Shown in pieces: positions 1-9,314 of a DNA stretch of 64,000 nucleotides (positions are counted from its first letter, which is position 1; each line of letters begins with the position of its first letter). The notes below the pieces were generated by a model. That model was not told the DNA's origin. It did no database searches and saw only the letters and a program-made list of their open reading frames with translations. Source of the stretch: Candidatus Nealsonbacteria bacterium. Its GTDB lineage: Bacteria; Patescibacteriota; Minisyncoccia; Minisyncoccales; JAUWAW01. The stretch spans positions 7,410 to 71,409 of the forward strand of contig JAUWAW010000002.1 in NCBI GenBank assembly GCA_030601865.1, in the 5' to 3' direction. The position numbers and the translations under genes are program-made.

Positions 1-608
1 ACAGTCGTAGTAGTTAATTCCTGAGCCTGGCTAAGACCATATTTTTGGATAGCAAAAGCTAAAATCTCTTTGGCCCTTTTTTCATATTTCTCTATGGCCT
101 GACCTTCTAACTTTCTCATCTTTTCTAAAACTTCCTGCTCGTGCTCGTTTTCTAAACTGGTCAGCAGTTCCTTTTTGGCCTCATCCCTGGACATCCGACC
201 CACCCTCTCTAAATTTTCTATTGCCTCTTGCTGTAAATCCTTTAAACGTTCTTTCACATCTCTAAGTTCATGCACTTTCTGCAAAAACTCCTGTTCCTTT
301 GTCTCTAAAACCTGAAATCTCCTATCTATGTTATTTTCTCTTTTTAAGACAAGCTGTCTGGTTTTCAAAAGTTCCTGCCTTCTTTGGTCTTCTTCTTTAT
401 CGGCTCTTTCAAGTATTTGAGAGGCCTTTCTCTTGGCTTGCTCTAAAGTTTTCTCAACCTCTTGCCTGGTCTGATCTATCTTCTTTTGGATTTTTGCCTC
501 TATAGTGCCAATTTGCCTCTTGGCAATTGATTGGCGGGCATAGTAACCCAAAGCAGAGCCGATTCCCAAAGTAACTACACCCACCCCAAGTAGAATAAAT
601 AGATTCAT
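1..608 (-). CDS. rny: Ribonuclease Y, N-terminal part (gene continues past window start)
   Basis: Missing from the ORF track because it is open at the window edge. My translation from ATG (608-606) reads MNLFILLGVGVVTLGIGSALGYYARQSIAKRQIGTIEAKIQKK...RAKEILAFAIQKYGLSQAQELTTTT. That is a TM helix, a long charged coiled coil, then KH-region onset, which is the RNase Y layout. There is no stop down to position 1. Track ORFs 299..505 and 454..657 are shadow frames. Confidence 0.75.
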   Translation of the reverse strand, partial: MNLFILLGVGVVTLGIGSALGYYARQSIAKRQIGTIEAKIQKKIDQTRQEVEKTLEQAKRKASQILERADKEEDQRRQELLKTRQLVLKRENNIDRRFQVLETKEQEFLQKVHELRDVKERLKDLQQEAIENLERVGRMSRDEAKKELLTSLENEHEQEVLEKMRKLEGQAIEKYEKRAKEILAFAIQKYGLSQAQELTTTT

Positions 609-753
609 ATTTTAAGATGAATTGGTTATTAGCAATATGCATTTTCCCAAAATTCATAATTAACTTTCTATTTCTATTTTAGCAAACAATTTTTTGTTTG
701 TCAAAAAAAATCGCGCTTGACATTAATCTTCAAAGTTCTAAAATAGAATTAGT

Positions 754-1137
754 ATGGCAGAAGAAAATATTAAAGAAATTTTAGAAAAGCACAAAGAAGA
801 AACTAAGCGGCATTTTGATGTGGTAGCTGAGGATTTGAAAGGCGAGATAAAAATTGTTGCCGAACAGGTGGTGGCTAACGCCGAAAAATTAGAAGAACAT
901 ACTCGAATACTGGCAAGTCACACCCGAATACTAGAAAACCACAGTCAAATACTGGCAAGTCACACCAGAATACTAGAAAGTCACACCCAAAGATTCAACA
1001 AAATTGATGAAACTCTTGAAACCATCAAGACGGATATTGAATTTATTAAACACGAACTCAAGCAAAAAGTTGGCCGCGACGAATTCGCTGTTTTAGAAAA
1101 ACGAGTAAGCATGCTGGAAGCAAAAGTAAGCAGATAA
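754..1137 (+). CDS. Small coiled-coil protein with five tandem 7-aa (21-nt) repeats HTRILAS/HTRILEN/HSQILAS/HTRILES/HTQRFNK
   Basis: Intact 127-aa ORF followed by a strong terminator. The heptad periodicity is visible in both DNA and protein. I recognise no family. Confidence 0.5.
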   Translation: MAEENIKEILEKHKEETKRHFDVVAEDLKGEIKIVAEQVVANAEKLEEHTRILASHTRILENHSQILASHTRILESHTQRFNKIDETLETIKTDIEFIKHELKQKVGRDEFAVLEKRVSMLEAKVSR

Positions 1138-1159
1138 AATAACCTAAAACAAAAACAAA

Positions 1160-1187
1160 CTACGAGAACCGTTCTCGTAGTTTTTTG
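1160..1187 (+). terminator. Rho-independent terminator
   Basis: CTACGAGAAC/GTTCTCGTAG stem followed by TTTTTTGTTT. A related CGAGAACNGTTCTCG palindrome recurs at 59238-59260. Confidence 0.7.
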
Positions 1188-1259
1188 TTTCTCCTGTCAA
1201 ATAAAAAAGCCCGCAACTATGTTGCCGACCATAATTGCTCTGTTATTACTGTGTTCGCA

Positions 1260-2186
1260 TCAAAAGTTAGAAATTACCTCGGGGATGCTCTCAATTAAAT
1301 CGGTGGCGGTCATGCCTTCTCCTTTTTTCTTTGAAGCCAGCTCGCCTGCTCGGCCATTGATGTAGGCCGCTCCACAAGCTGCCGTAAACGGATCTATTCC
1401 TCTGGCCAATATTGCTCCGGCAATACCAGCCAGCGAATCTCCGGTACCCCCAACAGTCATGGAGGGTACCCCCGTCTTGTTTACGGCTATTGTCTGATTA
1501 TCAGAAGCCGAGATTAAATCTGTTTTTCCTTTGAGTAAAATGGTGGTTTGTAATCTGGCGGCCTGCTCTTTAACCAAATCTATCTGTTCTTTTTCTAGCA
1601 AACCCATTACCTTTTTGCCAGTCAGAATAAAGAACTCATAGCCATGAGGTGTAACCAGAAACTTTTTGCCAGCTAATAACTTAGGATTGCCAGCTAAAGC
1701 ATGGATGCCATCAGCGTCAATGACCGCTGGTATATCAATTTGAGAAAGATATTCCAACACCACTTCCTTGGTTTCTTCTGACCTACCTATTCCTCCGCCA
1801 ATAACCACGGCTGTCTTTCCGTGAGAAACTTCTTCAGCTGCTTTGGTCATAGAAAGCAAAATGGATAAATGCTCTTTGCTAAGCCGTTCTCCATGCAGAG
1901 GATAGCTGGCCAGATCAGGAGAAAAAGAGGCAATAATGTCAGCCGCTCTTCTGGGAGCGATAATCCTGACCATGTCTACTCCGGCCCGAAAAGCCGCCAT
2001 AGCAGCAAGAGCTGGTGAGCCGCTGTAGAAATCAGACCCGCCGATGACCAACAAAAGCCCATAGTCATACTTTTTTGCCTCAGCCGGTCTTAGCTTATAA
2101 ATTTGTTTTAAGATAGTTTTAGTAACTTGTTTCATATGTCTTAGTATTATAATATCACATTTCTTTAATATATCATAATTACTCAT
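1260..2186 (-). CDS. nnrD: ADP-dependent NAD(P)H-hydrate dehydratase (YjeF C-terminal/carbohydrate kinase family)
   Basis: Family-typical motifs: LLVIGGSDFYSGSPALAAMAAFRAGVDMV and GGTGDSLAGIAGAILARG. Confidence 0.85.
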   Translation of the reverse strand: MSNYDILKKCDIIILRHMKQVTKTILKQIYKLRPAEAKKYDYGLLLVIGGSDFYSGSPALAAMAAFRAGVDMVRIIAPRRAADIIASFSPDLASYPLHGERLSKEHLSILLSMTKAAEEVSHGKTAVVIGGGIGRSEETKEVVLEYLSQIDIPAVIDADGIHALAGNPKLLAGKKFLVTPHGYEFFILTGKKVMGLLEKEQIDLVKEQAARLQTTILLKGKTDLISASDNQTIAVNKTGVPSMTVGGTGDSLAGIAGAILARGIDPFTAACGAAYINGRAGELASKKKGEGMTATDLIESIPEVISNF

Positions 2187-3489
2187 TTAGTTCGCCTAAA
2201 ACTACTTCAAGGGTTTTTTCCTCTCCTTCGCGCAGGATTTTTAAGGCGACTGTGTCTCCGGGATTGTATTTTTGGATAATTTTTGCCAAAGAATTCTCCA
2301 GGGTAATTTTCTGGCCACCAAATTCTAAAATAATATCATCTCTTTTGAGACCGACTTTCTCAGCCGGTGTCTCAGGAACCACTGCTCTCTCATACTCGCG
2401 GCAATACTTATCTCGACCAATCCAAGCTCCGTAATTTACCAAAAGATTATATTCTTTTTGATATTTTTCATTAATTACACAATAATAAACTCCTAAGTAA
2501 GGAACAACGATTTTACCAAGAGTCTTTATCTGTTCAATATCCTTCTTGGCATAATTTATGGGGATGGCAAAACCAATATTTTGGGCATTTTCTGCCTTGG
2601 CCACATTGATGCCAATGACCTCTCCCTTCAAATTCAAAAGAGGTCCTCCAGAATTACCCAGGTTAATAGCTGCATCGGTCTGGATAACATCTTCCAATGT
2701 TTCGGTCAGGCCTCCACCAGAGGCAGTAATTGTTCGCCCCAAACCAGAGATAACGCCCACGGAAACAGTATTACGGAACTCGCCCAGGGCATTGCCAATG
2801 GCAATAACTGTTTGGCCAATTTTTAACTTATCTGAATTGCCCACTCTTACCACGGGAAATGGTTTTGAGACAAGCTTACCTTGTTCATCAATAAGCTGTT
2901 CTTTTTCAATTTCAATGACAGCAAAATCTTGAAAAGGATCTTTATCCAAAACCTTGGCCGGGAATTTCTGACCCTCATTGGTCAAAACAGTATATTCTAC
3001 CTCTTCATTTAAAACAACATGCTTGTTGGTCAAAATCAGTCCATCCTCAGAAACAATAAAGCCGGTTCCTCCACCAACTTGCTTTTTCTCAACGCCTTTT
3101 TGGCGATACTGGGGAATTTTGAATCCAAATGGTTCAATATAGTATTCTTCAACAATGGGCAGGTCTTTGGTAATAATAATGCTGACCACCGCTGGAGAAA
3201 CGCCCTCTACTGCTTTAATAATGGCCTCTTCTTGGGAGGCCTGCCCCGCCGCCCCACCCAGCACTTTTGCAGAAAGTGCTGGGTGAAGGGGGGTCTGAAT
3301 TTGTTGAAGCTCCTGATTAAGCTCTAAATAAAAATAGGTGCCCGCAATCCCTCCAGCCAAAAAGCCGAAAACAGAAGAAGCAAAGAAAACCAAAACCGTA
3401 ATAATAAAAAATCGCCTCACCCCTTGCAATTTCTTCTTCGGGATTCTTATCTTCGGCAACTCAATCTTTGGTAACTCATAAAGCGACAT
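2179..3489 (-). CDS. HtrA/DegP-type trypsin-like serine protease with PDZ domain, membrane anchored
   Basis: GTGFIVSEDGLILTNKHVV (His), QDFAVIEI (Asp), GNSGGPLLN (Ser), a C-terminal PDZ-like region and an N-terminal TM helix. Confidence 0.85.
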   Translation of the reverse strand: MSLYELPKIELPKIRIPKKKLQGVRRFFIITVLVFFASSVFGFLAGGIAGTYFYLELNQELQQIQTPLHPALSAKVLGGAAGQASQEEAIIKAVEGVSPAVVSIIITKDLPIVEEYYIEPFGFKIPQYRQKGVEKKQVGGGTGFIVSEDGLILTNKHVVLNEEVEYTVLTNEGQKFPAKVLDKDPFQDFAVIEIEKEQLIDEQGKLVSKPFPVVRVGNSDKLKIGQTVIAIGNALGEFRNTVSVGVISGLGRTITASGGGLTETLEDVIQTDAAINLGNSGGPLLNLKGEVIGINVAKAENAQNIGFAIPINYAKKDIEQIKTLGKIVVPYLGVYYCVINEKYQKEYNLLVNYGAWIGRDKYCREYERAVVPETPAEKVGLKRDDIILEFGGQKITLENSLAKIIQKYNPGDTVALKILREGEEKTLEVVLGELNE

Positions 3490-3540
3490 ATTATTTAATC
3501 ATATCAAATTTTTTGGTATAATAGAAGTGATAAAAGAATT

Positions 3541-4710
3541 ATGCGCATTGGGTTTTTTACAGACACATATCTGCCGGTGATTCATGGAGTAGTGATTTCC
3601 ATAGAAAGTTTTAAAAAGGAGCTGGAGGCAGCGGGCCACCAAGTTTATATCTACGCTCCTGAAAGTCGGGGTTATAAGGATAAAAATCCCAATGTTTTTC
3701 GATTCAAATCGGTTAAAGTAATTAAAAAGCCGGAGATGCACTATGCTTTTGACTTCCTGCCAATTGGCCACAGCTTCAAAGAGGTAACACATTTTAAATT
3801 GGACATTGTTCACGCCCATACTCCTTTTGCTTTAGGTCTTCTGGCCAAATACATTTCAGAGCGGCAGTTGATTCCTTTAATCTACACTCACCATACCCAT
3901 TATCCAGAATATGCCAAGGCCTATTTGAAGGAAAAAATCTTTCTGCCTTACTTGGCCAAAATCTACAGTACCTGGTTCTCTAATGTTTCCGATGCGATTA
4001 TCGCTCCTTCTTTGAAAATAAAAAAGCTGCTTCGTAAATATGGAGTGAAAAAGAAAATTCCTATTTATATTCTGCCAACCGGCATTAATCTAAAGCTTTT
4101 TAAGAAGGCAAGGGAAAAGGCCCAAATCTTAAAAAAGAAGCTCAAAATTTCTCCTAAAACAAAAATCCTTCTTTCTGTCAGCAGAATAGGTGAAGAGAAA
4201 AACATAGAGTTCTTAATGAGAACAATGAGGGAGATTTTAAAAAAGAAAGATGATTTTTTGTTTTTACTGGTAGGGGATGGACCCTTTTTAGGAGAATTAA
4301 AGAAAATAGCAAAAGACCTAAAAATTATCAACAATATTATATTCACCGGCAGAATTCCTCATAAAGATATTCCCCTTTACTATCAAGCGGCTGATCTCTT
4401 TGTCTTTGCTTCTTTAACTGAAACTCAAGGCATTGTTATTTTGGAGGCATTGTCTTCCGGGCTACCAATAGTTGCTTTGAAAGACGATGCATTATCAGGT
4501 ATTGTTTTAGACAACAAGAATGGATTTTTAGTAGAGCGAGAATCTCCGAAATTATTTTCCCAAAAAATTATCGAACCTTTGGAAGATTCTGCGATTTATA
4601 AAAAGTTTTCTAAGGAAGCAGTAAAGACGGTTCGCCAATTTTCAGAAACAAATGTAGCAAAGAAATTAATTGAAATCTATAAAAGCCAAATAGAAAAACT
4701 CTACCAATAG
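3541..4710 (+). CDS. Glycosyltransferase family 4 (GT-B)
   Basis: MRIGFFTDTYLPVIHGV at the N-terminus; the C-terminal half carries the EX7E-like segment LTETQGIVILEALSSGLPIVA. Confidence 0.8.
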   Translation: MRIGFFTDTYLPVIHGVVISIESFKKELEAAGHQVYIYAPESRGYKDKNPNVFRFKSVKVIKKPEMHYAFDFLPIGHSFKEVTHFKLDIVHAHTPFALGLLAKYISERQLIPLIYTHHTHYPEYAKAYLKEKIFLPYLAKIYSTWFSNVSDAIIAPSLKIKKLLRKYGVKKKIPIYILPTGINLKLFKKAREKAQILKKKLKISPKTKILLSVSRIGEEKNIEFLMRTMREILKKKDDFLFLLVGDGPFLGELKKIAKDLKIINNIIFTGRIPHKDIPLYYQAADLFVFASLTETQGIVILEALSSGLPIVALKDDALSGIVLDNKNGFLVERESPKLFSQKIIEPLEDSAIYKKFSKEAVKTVRQFSETNVAKKLIEIYKSQIEKLYQ

Positions 4711-4714
4711 TTGT

Positions 4715-4745
4715 TTAAAGTGTTTAAGGTTGACGCTTAAACACT
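4715..4745. terminator. Bidirectional hairpin between convergent genes
   Basis: AAAGTGTTTAAG-gttgac-GCTTAAACACTTT followed by TTGTTTT. It overlaps the last codons of the minus-strand GH3 gene. Confidence 0.5.
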
Positions 4746-5866
4746 TTTTGTTTTAGTTCAAGGATTTTTGACACGGATTGATTAATTCTTTGTTCGGAAA
4801 TTTCTCCATCTTGTACTGCTTTTTGAAGCGCGAGTATGGCTGAAGGGACCGGACTCCGCCAGCCAGAAAAAATGAGCATATCCACTCCAGCTTTAACAGG
4901 CAGACTAACTATTTCTTTCAAAGAAAATCTATCACGCAGAGAATTCTGGGAAAGGTCATCAGACATAATTAAAATTTGCTCGCCCAATTTTTCTTGAAGG
5001 AATTGAATACCCTTTTCAGAAAAAGTAAAAGGCAGGGCTGAGTCAAGTTCTTGATAAATAACATTCGCAGTCATCACAAAAGCAGGGCTGACTCCTATGC
5101 CAAAAGGCTTGCTGGGATAATTTTTCACTGCCTCTTGAAATTGAGAAATTTCAGGCAGTTTGGGCAAAACAGCTAATTCTTCTTCAGGGTTAAAGGCAAT
5201 GCCTGTATAGCCCGGGAAATGCTTAATGGCTGTCAAAATTCCCGCTGCTTCTTGCCCTTTCATCACCAAATAGGCTAATTGGCCAATTTGCGAGGGCTCT
5301 TTGCGAAAAGCCCTTGCAAAAAGAAAATCTCCGGGCTGAGCCAAATCTAAAAGTGGGGCTAAATTAAGATTAATACCCAATTCTTTAAGTTCTCTGCCTC
5401 TTTCCAAGCCAATTTGATATGCTTGTTCAATGGTTTCAATCTCTGACTGAGGGGTTTTTTCTTGAGCAAAATCCACACGGGAAATGAGCCCGCCTTCTTG
5501 GTCAACGGCAATAAAAAGGGGCAGACCAGTGTTTTTTAAAGAAACTTCCTGAAGGCTCTCAATTAAATTTTTAAGCTGCTCTGGACTCTTAATGTTTCTT
5601 TGTAACAGGAGTACTCCTCCCGGAGAAAAAGTTTTAATTAAATTCTCAACTTCGGGTGTCAAAATCTCTCCCTCAAACCCAACAATAAACAATTGCCCAA
5701 TTTTTTGTTCCAAGGTCAGGTTATCTAAAATATTTTCTTCAATACCCTGAGAAACCCTTGCCGGCCCAAAATCAAAAAAAGGAAGAACAACCTTCTGCAA
5801 AACAAAAACCAAACCCAGAATCAAAACCAAAACAAAGAAACTTTTCTTCAAAATCCCCAAGACCAT
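4724..5866 (-). CDS. Glycoside hydrolase family 3, beta-N-acetylhexosaminidase (NagZ-like), membrane anchored
   Basis: GH3 N-domain motifs: IGQLFIVGF, FIAVDQEGG, KHFPGYTG. N-terminal TM helix. Confidence 0.8.
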   Translation of the reverse strand: MVLGILKKSFFVLVLILGLVFVLQKVVLPFFDFGPARVSQGIEENILDNLTLEQKIGQLFIVGFEGEILTPEVENLIKTFSPGGVLLLQRNIKSPEQLKNLIESLQEVSLKNTGLPLFIAVDQEGGLISRVDFAQEKTPQSEIETIEQAYQIGLERGRELKELGINLNLAPLLDLAQPGDFLFARAFRKEPSQIGQLAYLVMKGQEAAGILTAIKHFPGYTGIAFNPEEELAVLPKLPEISQFQEAVKNYPSKPFGIGVSPAFVMTANVIYQELDSALPFTFSEKGIQFLQEKLGEQILIMSDDLSQNSLRDRFSLKEIVSLPVKAGVDMLIFSGWRSPVPSAILALQKAVQDGEISEQRINQSVSKILELKQKVFKRQP

Positions 5867-5879
5867 TATTCTATTTTAC

Positions 5880-5913
5880 TACGAAATACGAATTTATACG
5901 AATAGTATGAATT
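5880..5913. repeat. Cluster of four (T)ACGAAT heptamer units (heptamer-repeat family)
   Basis: ACGAAAT ACGAATT TA TACGAAT AG TATGAATT, sitting just 5' of the GH3 gene start. It is the same heptamer found inside several CDS. Track ORF 5871..6095 is a translation artefact of this region. Confidence 0.6.
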
Positions 5914-5959
5914 TCCAGTAATGACTTCAAATTATGACGATCGTCACGATTTGAAGGAC

Positions 5960-7432
5960 TTAGTACTCCAAGAATTTCCATCTTTGGCGGCGGACGAGCC
6001 AATAAGTGAAACAGCCCAAAATTAAGTAAGAAGGTATGAGCCAGAGCCAGGAGATTTCTAAACTTACAGAAGCCCAAGGAATTTGAGAGAACCAATCAAC
6101 TATTTTGACAAGATAACTCAGCAAAAACCAAGCTGGCCAAGAAAGAACCCAGCCCAGGGTTTGCCAGAGCAGACCGCTTAAGCTAAAAACAAAGCCAGAA
6201 ACCATAACATAGGGCAAAATAGGCACAAGTAAAATATTGGTTATGGGCGCCACCAAAGAAAAATAGCCAAAGTTATAAATTAAAAGAGGAAGTGTGAAAA
6301 TTTGAGCTGCCAGAGTCATAACTAAAAGACTTTTCAATTTTCGGAGTTTAAACCTCCAAATATGGATTTTGGCTAGCCAACTTTGAAAAATGGGCATCAG
6401 GTAAATTATGCCGAGAGTAGCTAAAAAAGAAAGTTGGAAACCCACATCAGCTTTCAAAAGCAAAGGGTTTTGAACCAGCATAAAAGTGGCGGCTATGGTT
6501 ATGGCTCTTCCTCCTGTTCTCAGCCGGCCAATTTTTTGAGCCAAAAGCAAAAGCCCGCCCATAATACCGGCTCTAATAGCTGAAGCCGGCGCACCCACCA
6601 TAATAATAAAAAGAACAAGTAGAATGATGGCAAAATAAAAGGCCTGCCCTCTCCAGAGCCCAATTCTTGCACCCAGCCACATTAAAATCTGGCTGAGAAT
6701 AATAATGTGCATGCCAGAAACACAGGTAATATGCCTTACCCCAGCCACATTTAACTTATTCTTCCACTCCTCAGAAATTCTTCGCTTGTCTCCCAAAACT
6801 ATTGCTCCCAGAATTGAACTTTGAGGCGGGGATAATGAACTATAAATACTTTCTCTGAGTTTATTCTTAAAAGATAAGATTTTACTGTAAATAAAATTGC
6901 CTTGATTTTGAGCCAAAATTTCAATCTCTGGCCAATACATTAAAACGTAAATACCATCCTTGGCAAGATAATCTTTGTAGTTAAAATCTTCAAATTCTTG
7001 AGGAAGTTTTAATTTTCCAGTAATTTTTAATTTATCTCCATACTCGTATTCAGGATATTTTCCGGTGGTAACCAAGACCCTGCCCATTTCTTCAACCTTA
7101 ACGGCTAGTTTGATGCTCTTTAACCTGATGTCTGGTTCTTTTACTACCACGCCTAATAAAGTAATTTCTTTTTCTTGGTCGCTCCAGTGTCTTAACTCGC
7201 TCCTCTCAATCTTCAATTGGGCAGATTGGTGCCGCCAAATCCCAGCAACTAAGAAAATCAAACAGAACCCAATGACTGCCACTTTCTTATGCCTCCAAAA
7301 AACAGAAATAAGAAGGATGCCCAAAATTAAAACTCCCAACGTCAAACGTTGGGAGAAAAAAATTATTGAATTGAGAAAAACACCGGCGATAAAAGACAAA
7401 CAAAAATACAGAAAAATCTTAGATTTACTCAT
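5960..7432 (-). CDS. comEC: ComEC/Rec2 DNA internalisation channel (no C-terminal metallo-beta-lactamase domain)
   Basis: Polytopic membrane protein with the competence-domain motif LNVAGVRHITCVSGMHIIIL and an N-terminal OB-like segment. Confidence 0.8.
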   Translation of the reverse strand: MSKSKIFLYFCLSFIAGVFLNSIIFFSQRLTLGVLILGILLISVFWRHKKVAVIGFCLIFLVAGIWRHQSAQLKIERSELRHWSDQEKEITLLGVVVKEPDIRLKSIKLAVKVEEMGRVLVTTGKYPEYEYGDKLKITGKLKLPQEFEDFNYKDYLAKDGIYVLMYWPEIEILAQNQGNFIYSKILSFKNKLRESIYSSLSPPQSSILGAIVLGDKRRISEEWKNKLNVAGVRHITCVSGMHIIILSQILMWLGARIGLWRGQAFYFAIILLVLFIIMVGAPASAIRAGIMGGLLLLAQKIGRLRTGGRAITIAATFMLVQNPLLLKADVGFQLSFLATLGIIYLMPIFQSWLAKIHIWRFKLRKLKSLLVMTLAAQIFTLPLLIYNFGYFSLVAPITNILLVPILPYVMVSGFVFSLSGLLWQTLGWVLSWPAWFLLSYLVKIVDWFSQIPWASVSLEISWLWLIPSYLILGCFTYWLVRRQRWKFLEY

Positions 7433-7886
7433 GCAAAAACAAACCCTTCAAGCCGGTTGTTTCCTCTGTCTCTCTTCTTACTTTCAAATCGGTTTTCAAT
7501 AAAACAATCTCGCCGGTCACGCTCACCGTGCCTTTTATAAAATGCCCGCCAACAGCTCTTTTTTGTTTATTGCCTAAAACTGCGTGTAAATGAAATTCGT
7601 ATTGACCATCTTGCCCGCCCGCCTCGCTATGCGAAGCATTGCGGGCAGGTAAAGAAACATTGCCTGTTAACAATAGAAGTTCGTGGGGTTCGGTAAATTT
7701 TTCTGGCAGATAATTGCCTTTTTCTTTGAAAAAGCCCAACTCAAACTCGCCCAACTGGCCCAAGCCCGACAAAATAACAGCAGTTTCAATGTTATATTTT
7801 CGGCAAACTTTTTCCAAACTTTCAAAAATCTCCTCTCCGGGAAAAAGCCGCGCAAATATTAAATTATCCTTTTCTTTGCTTTGCAT
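7425..7886 (-). CDS. PPC (DUF296) domain DNA-binding protein
   Basis: ARLFPGEEIFESLEKVCRKYNIETAVILSGLGQL ... HLHAVLG is the PPC/DUF296 pattern. It carries an in-frame GC-rich hairpin insert (see 7611-7648). Confidence 0.7.
   Translation of the reverse strand: MQSKEKDNLIFARLFPGEEIFESLEKVCRKYNIETAVILSGLGQLGEFELGFFKEKGNYLPEKFTEPHELLLLTGNVSLPARNASHSEAGGQDGQYEFHLHAVLGNKQKRAVGGHFIKGTVSVTGEIVLLKTDLKVRRETEETTGLKGLFLHE
7611..7648. repeat. GC-rich hairpin element, copy E1, in frame in the DUF296 gene
   Basis: TGCCCGC...GCGGGCA outer stem with an ATGCGAAGCAT inner mini-hairpin. Translated as PARNASHSEAGG. Homologous to 48982-49019. Confidence 0.7.
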
Positions 7887-8388
7887 ATTTAAGTACTTCT
7901 CTTAAAATCTTTTTAAACCAATAAGCGTAGTTTTCAGGGTGTTGTTTTATGTCTTTTTTTAAATCTCGTGGGTTTATCCATTGCCAATCTTCAGCTTCCC
8001 TTTTGTTTATTTTTGGGCTGCCATCAAATTTCCCCACAAATACATGGTCAAACTCATATTCAATTAAATTGCCGAAATCTGTCCGATAAACAAAACTAAA
8101 AATTTCTTTTAGGGCGCAGTCAATGCCCATTTCTTCTTTTAATCTTCGCTTGACTTCTTGGATAAGATTTTTGTTCGGCCTTGGATGAGAACAACAAGTA
8201 TTGCTCCAAAGCCCGGCTGAATGATATTTTGTGCTGGCTCTTTTTTGAAGCAAAAGTTCTCCTTGAGAGTTAAAAATAAAAATTGAAAAAGAACGGTGAA
8301 GTTTGCCCTGTTGGTGAACTTTCATTTTCTCGCCAGTTCCAATTTTGTTATCTTCTTCATCAACAAGAATTATTTCTCTTTTGGTCAT
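7864..8388 (-). CDS. idi: Isopentenyl-diphosphate delta-isomerase type 1 (Nudix fold)
   Basis: HQQGKLHRSFSIFIFNSQGELLLQKRASTKYHSAGLWSNTCCSHPR matches the IDI-1 signature, including the catalytic Cys region. Confidence 0.8.
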   Translation of the reverse strand: MTKREIILVDEEDNKIGTGEKMKVHQQGKLHRSFSIFIFNSQGELLLQKRASTKYHSAGLWSNTCCSHPRPNKNLIQEVKRRLKEEMGIDCALKEIFSFVYRTDFGNLIEYEFDHVFVGKFDGSPKINKREAEDWQWINPRDLKKDIKQHPENYAYWFKKILREVLKYAKQRKG

Positions 8389-8897
8389 TGGAATGTTTCT
8401 ACGGTTTCAATATCTTGTTCAGTAATGATTTCACCTTCTCCAAAAACAAATCTTGCTTTCAGCTTTTCTCCGGCTAAAATTTTGGGCAGCCAGAACTTAT
8501 CATCCGGCCACATCTCTTCAAAAGGAATGTCCTCTATTTTGAACCATTTGGGCGCCATTTCCTCTGATTCTATTGGCTCTCCTTCCCAGTTCCTGGCAAG
8601 AAAAACATGCACATCCTGGTTCCAGTCCTTGTCTTGGGGTATATAAGGGAAACGGAAATTGAGAATAGCCACTTTTTCCAAATCCTTAATCCTGATGCCA
8701 ATCTCTTCTTCGGTTTCGCGAACGGCTGCCTCCACAATATTTTTGTCCCCCTTTTCAGAGTCCAGCTTGCCGCCAACCCCGTTCCACTTTCCTTTTCCAA
8801 ACCCTCTTTTTTTCATAGCCAAAAGCAGCTCTTTATCGTCTTGGCTCTCCCTAACAAATAAACAAAGCGTGGCTTGTTTCATCTTTTGTAGTTTCAT
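8385..8897 (-). CDS. Nudix hydrolase (MutT-like)
   Basis: Nudix box GKWNGVGGKLDSEKGDKNIVEAAVRETEEEIG. Confidence 0.8.
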   Translation of the reverse strand: MKLQKMKQATLCLFVRESQDDKELLLAMKKRGFGKGKWNGVGGKLDSEKGDKNIVEAAVRETEEEIGIRIKDLEKVAILNFRFPYIPQDKDWNQDVHVFLARNWEGEPIESEEMAPKWFKIEDIPFEEMWPDDKFWLPKILAGEKLKARFVFGEGEIITEQDIETVETFQ

Positions 8898-9244
8898 TTC
8901 CGGATTAAATCCTGGAGAATGTCTTCTGGGATAGGAGGTGGTTCTCGCACTGGGCTTTTGCCCGGATAACGCCAGGCAGTAATTATTTTTATTTTCTTGC
9001 CGGCTCTCTTACCCCGAGCATCGTCGAGGGGTTGATACATCAACCAAATTTCTGTGGGATGTTTCTTTGAACCGGTGGGTTGCATAACAGCAATTGTTTC
9101 TGGGGCAATTCCAGCTTCTTTACGGTCGGGCCTAAAAAGCACTCGCCTCAACCGACTCTCACTTAACATATAAAACCTCATCTTTTCTTTAACGTGTTTG
9201 GTCCAGGAAATCCTCTCGTCATCTTTTGGAGATTTGAAAAACAT
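8894..9244 (-). CDS. Hypothetical protein
   Basis: Intact 116-aa ORF with a 4-nt overlap with the downstream gene (operon-like). I recognise no motif. Confidence 0.5.
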   Translation of the reverse strand: MFFKSPKDDERISWTKHVKEKMRFYMLSESRLRRVLFRPDRKEAGIAPETIAVMQPTGSKKHPTEIWLMYQPLDDARGKRAGKKIKIITAWRYPGKSPVREPPPIPEDILQDLIRK

Positions 9245-9261
9245 CTTGTCTCTATTATTCT

Positions 9262-9292
9262 ACCAAAAATTCGCCTTTTAGGCGAATTTTTG
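9262..9292. terminator. Hairpin/terminator after the DUF6580 gene
   Basis: CCAAAAATTCGCC-ttta-GGCGAATTTTTGG. The stem sequence resembles inner hairpin 1 of the three-way-junction repeat. Confidence 0.5.
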
Positions 9293-9314
9293 GGAGTTTT
9301 TTGGGGATGGTTTT

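Noticed and set aside
299-657. Track ORFs 299..505(+) and 454..657(-)
   Set aside because: A third frame on the minus strand gives an uninterrupted RNase Y N-terminus from 608 to the window edge. These two are shadow frames.
2252-3327. Plus-strand track ORFs (2252..2434, 2558..2932, 2581..2826, 3019..3327) inside the minus-strand htrA gene. Similar antisense or alternate-frame ORFs lie inside ftsZ (13686..14274), the FAD oxidoreductase gene, leuS, iorA, rtcB, PBP1A, DUF3160, polX, both pilin-fusion genes and others.
   Set aside because: Each lies wholly within a longer ORF on the other strand or frame that has clear family motifs. Their sequences are low-complexity mirror translations with no motifs.
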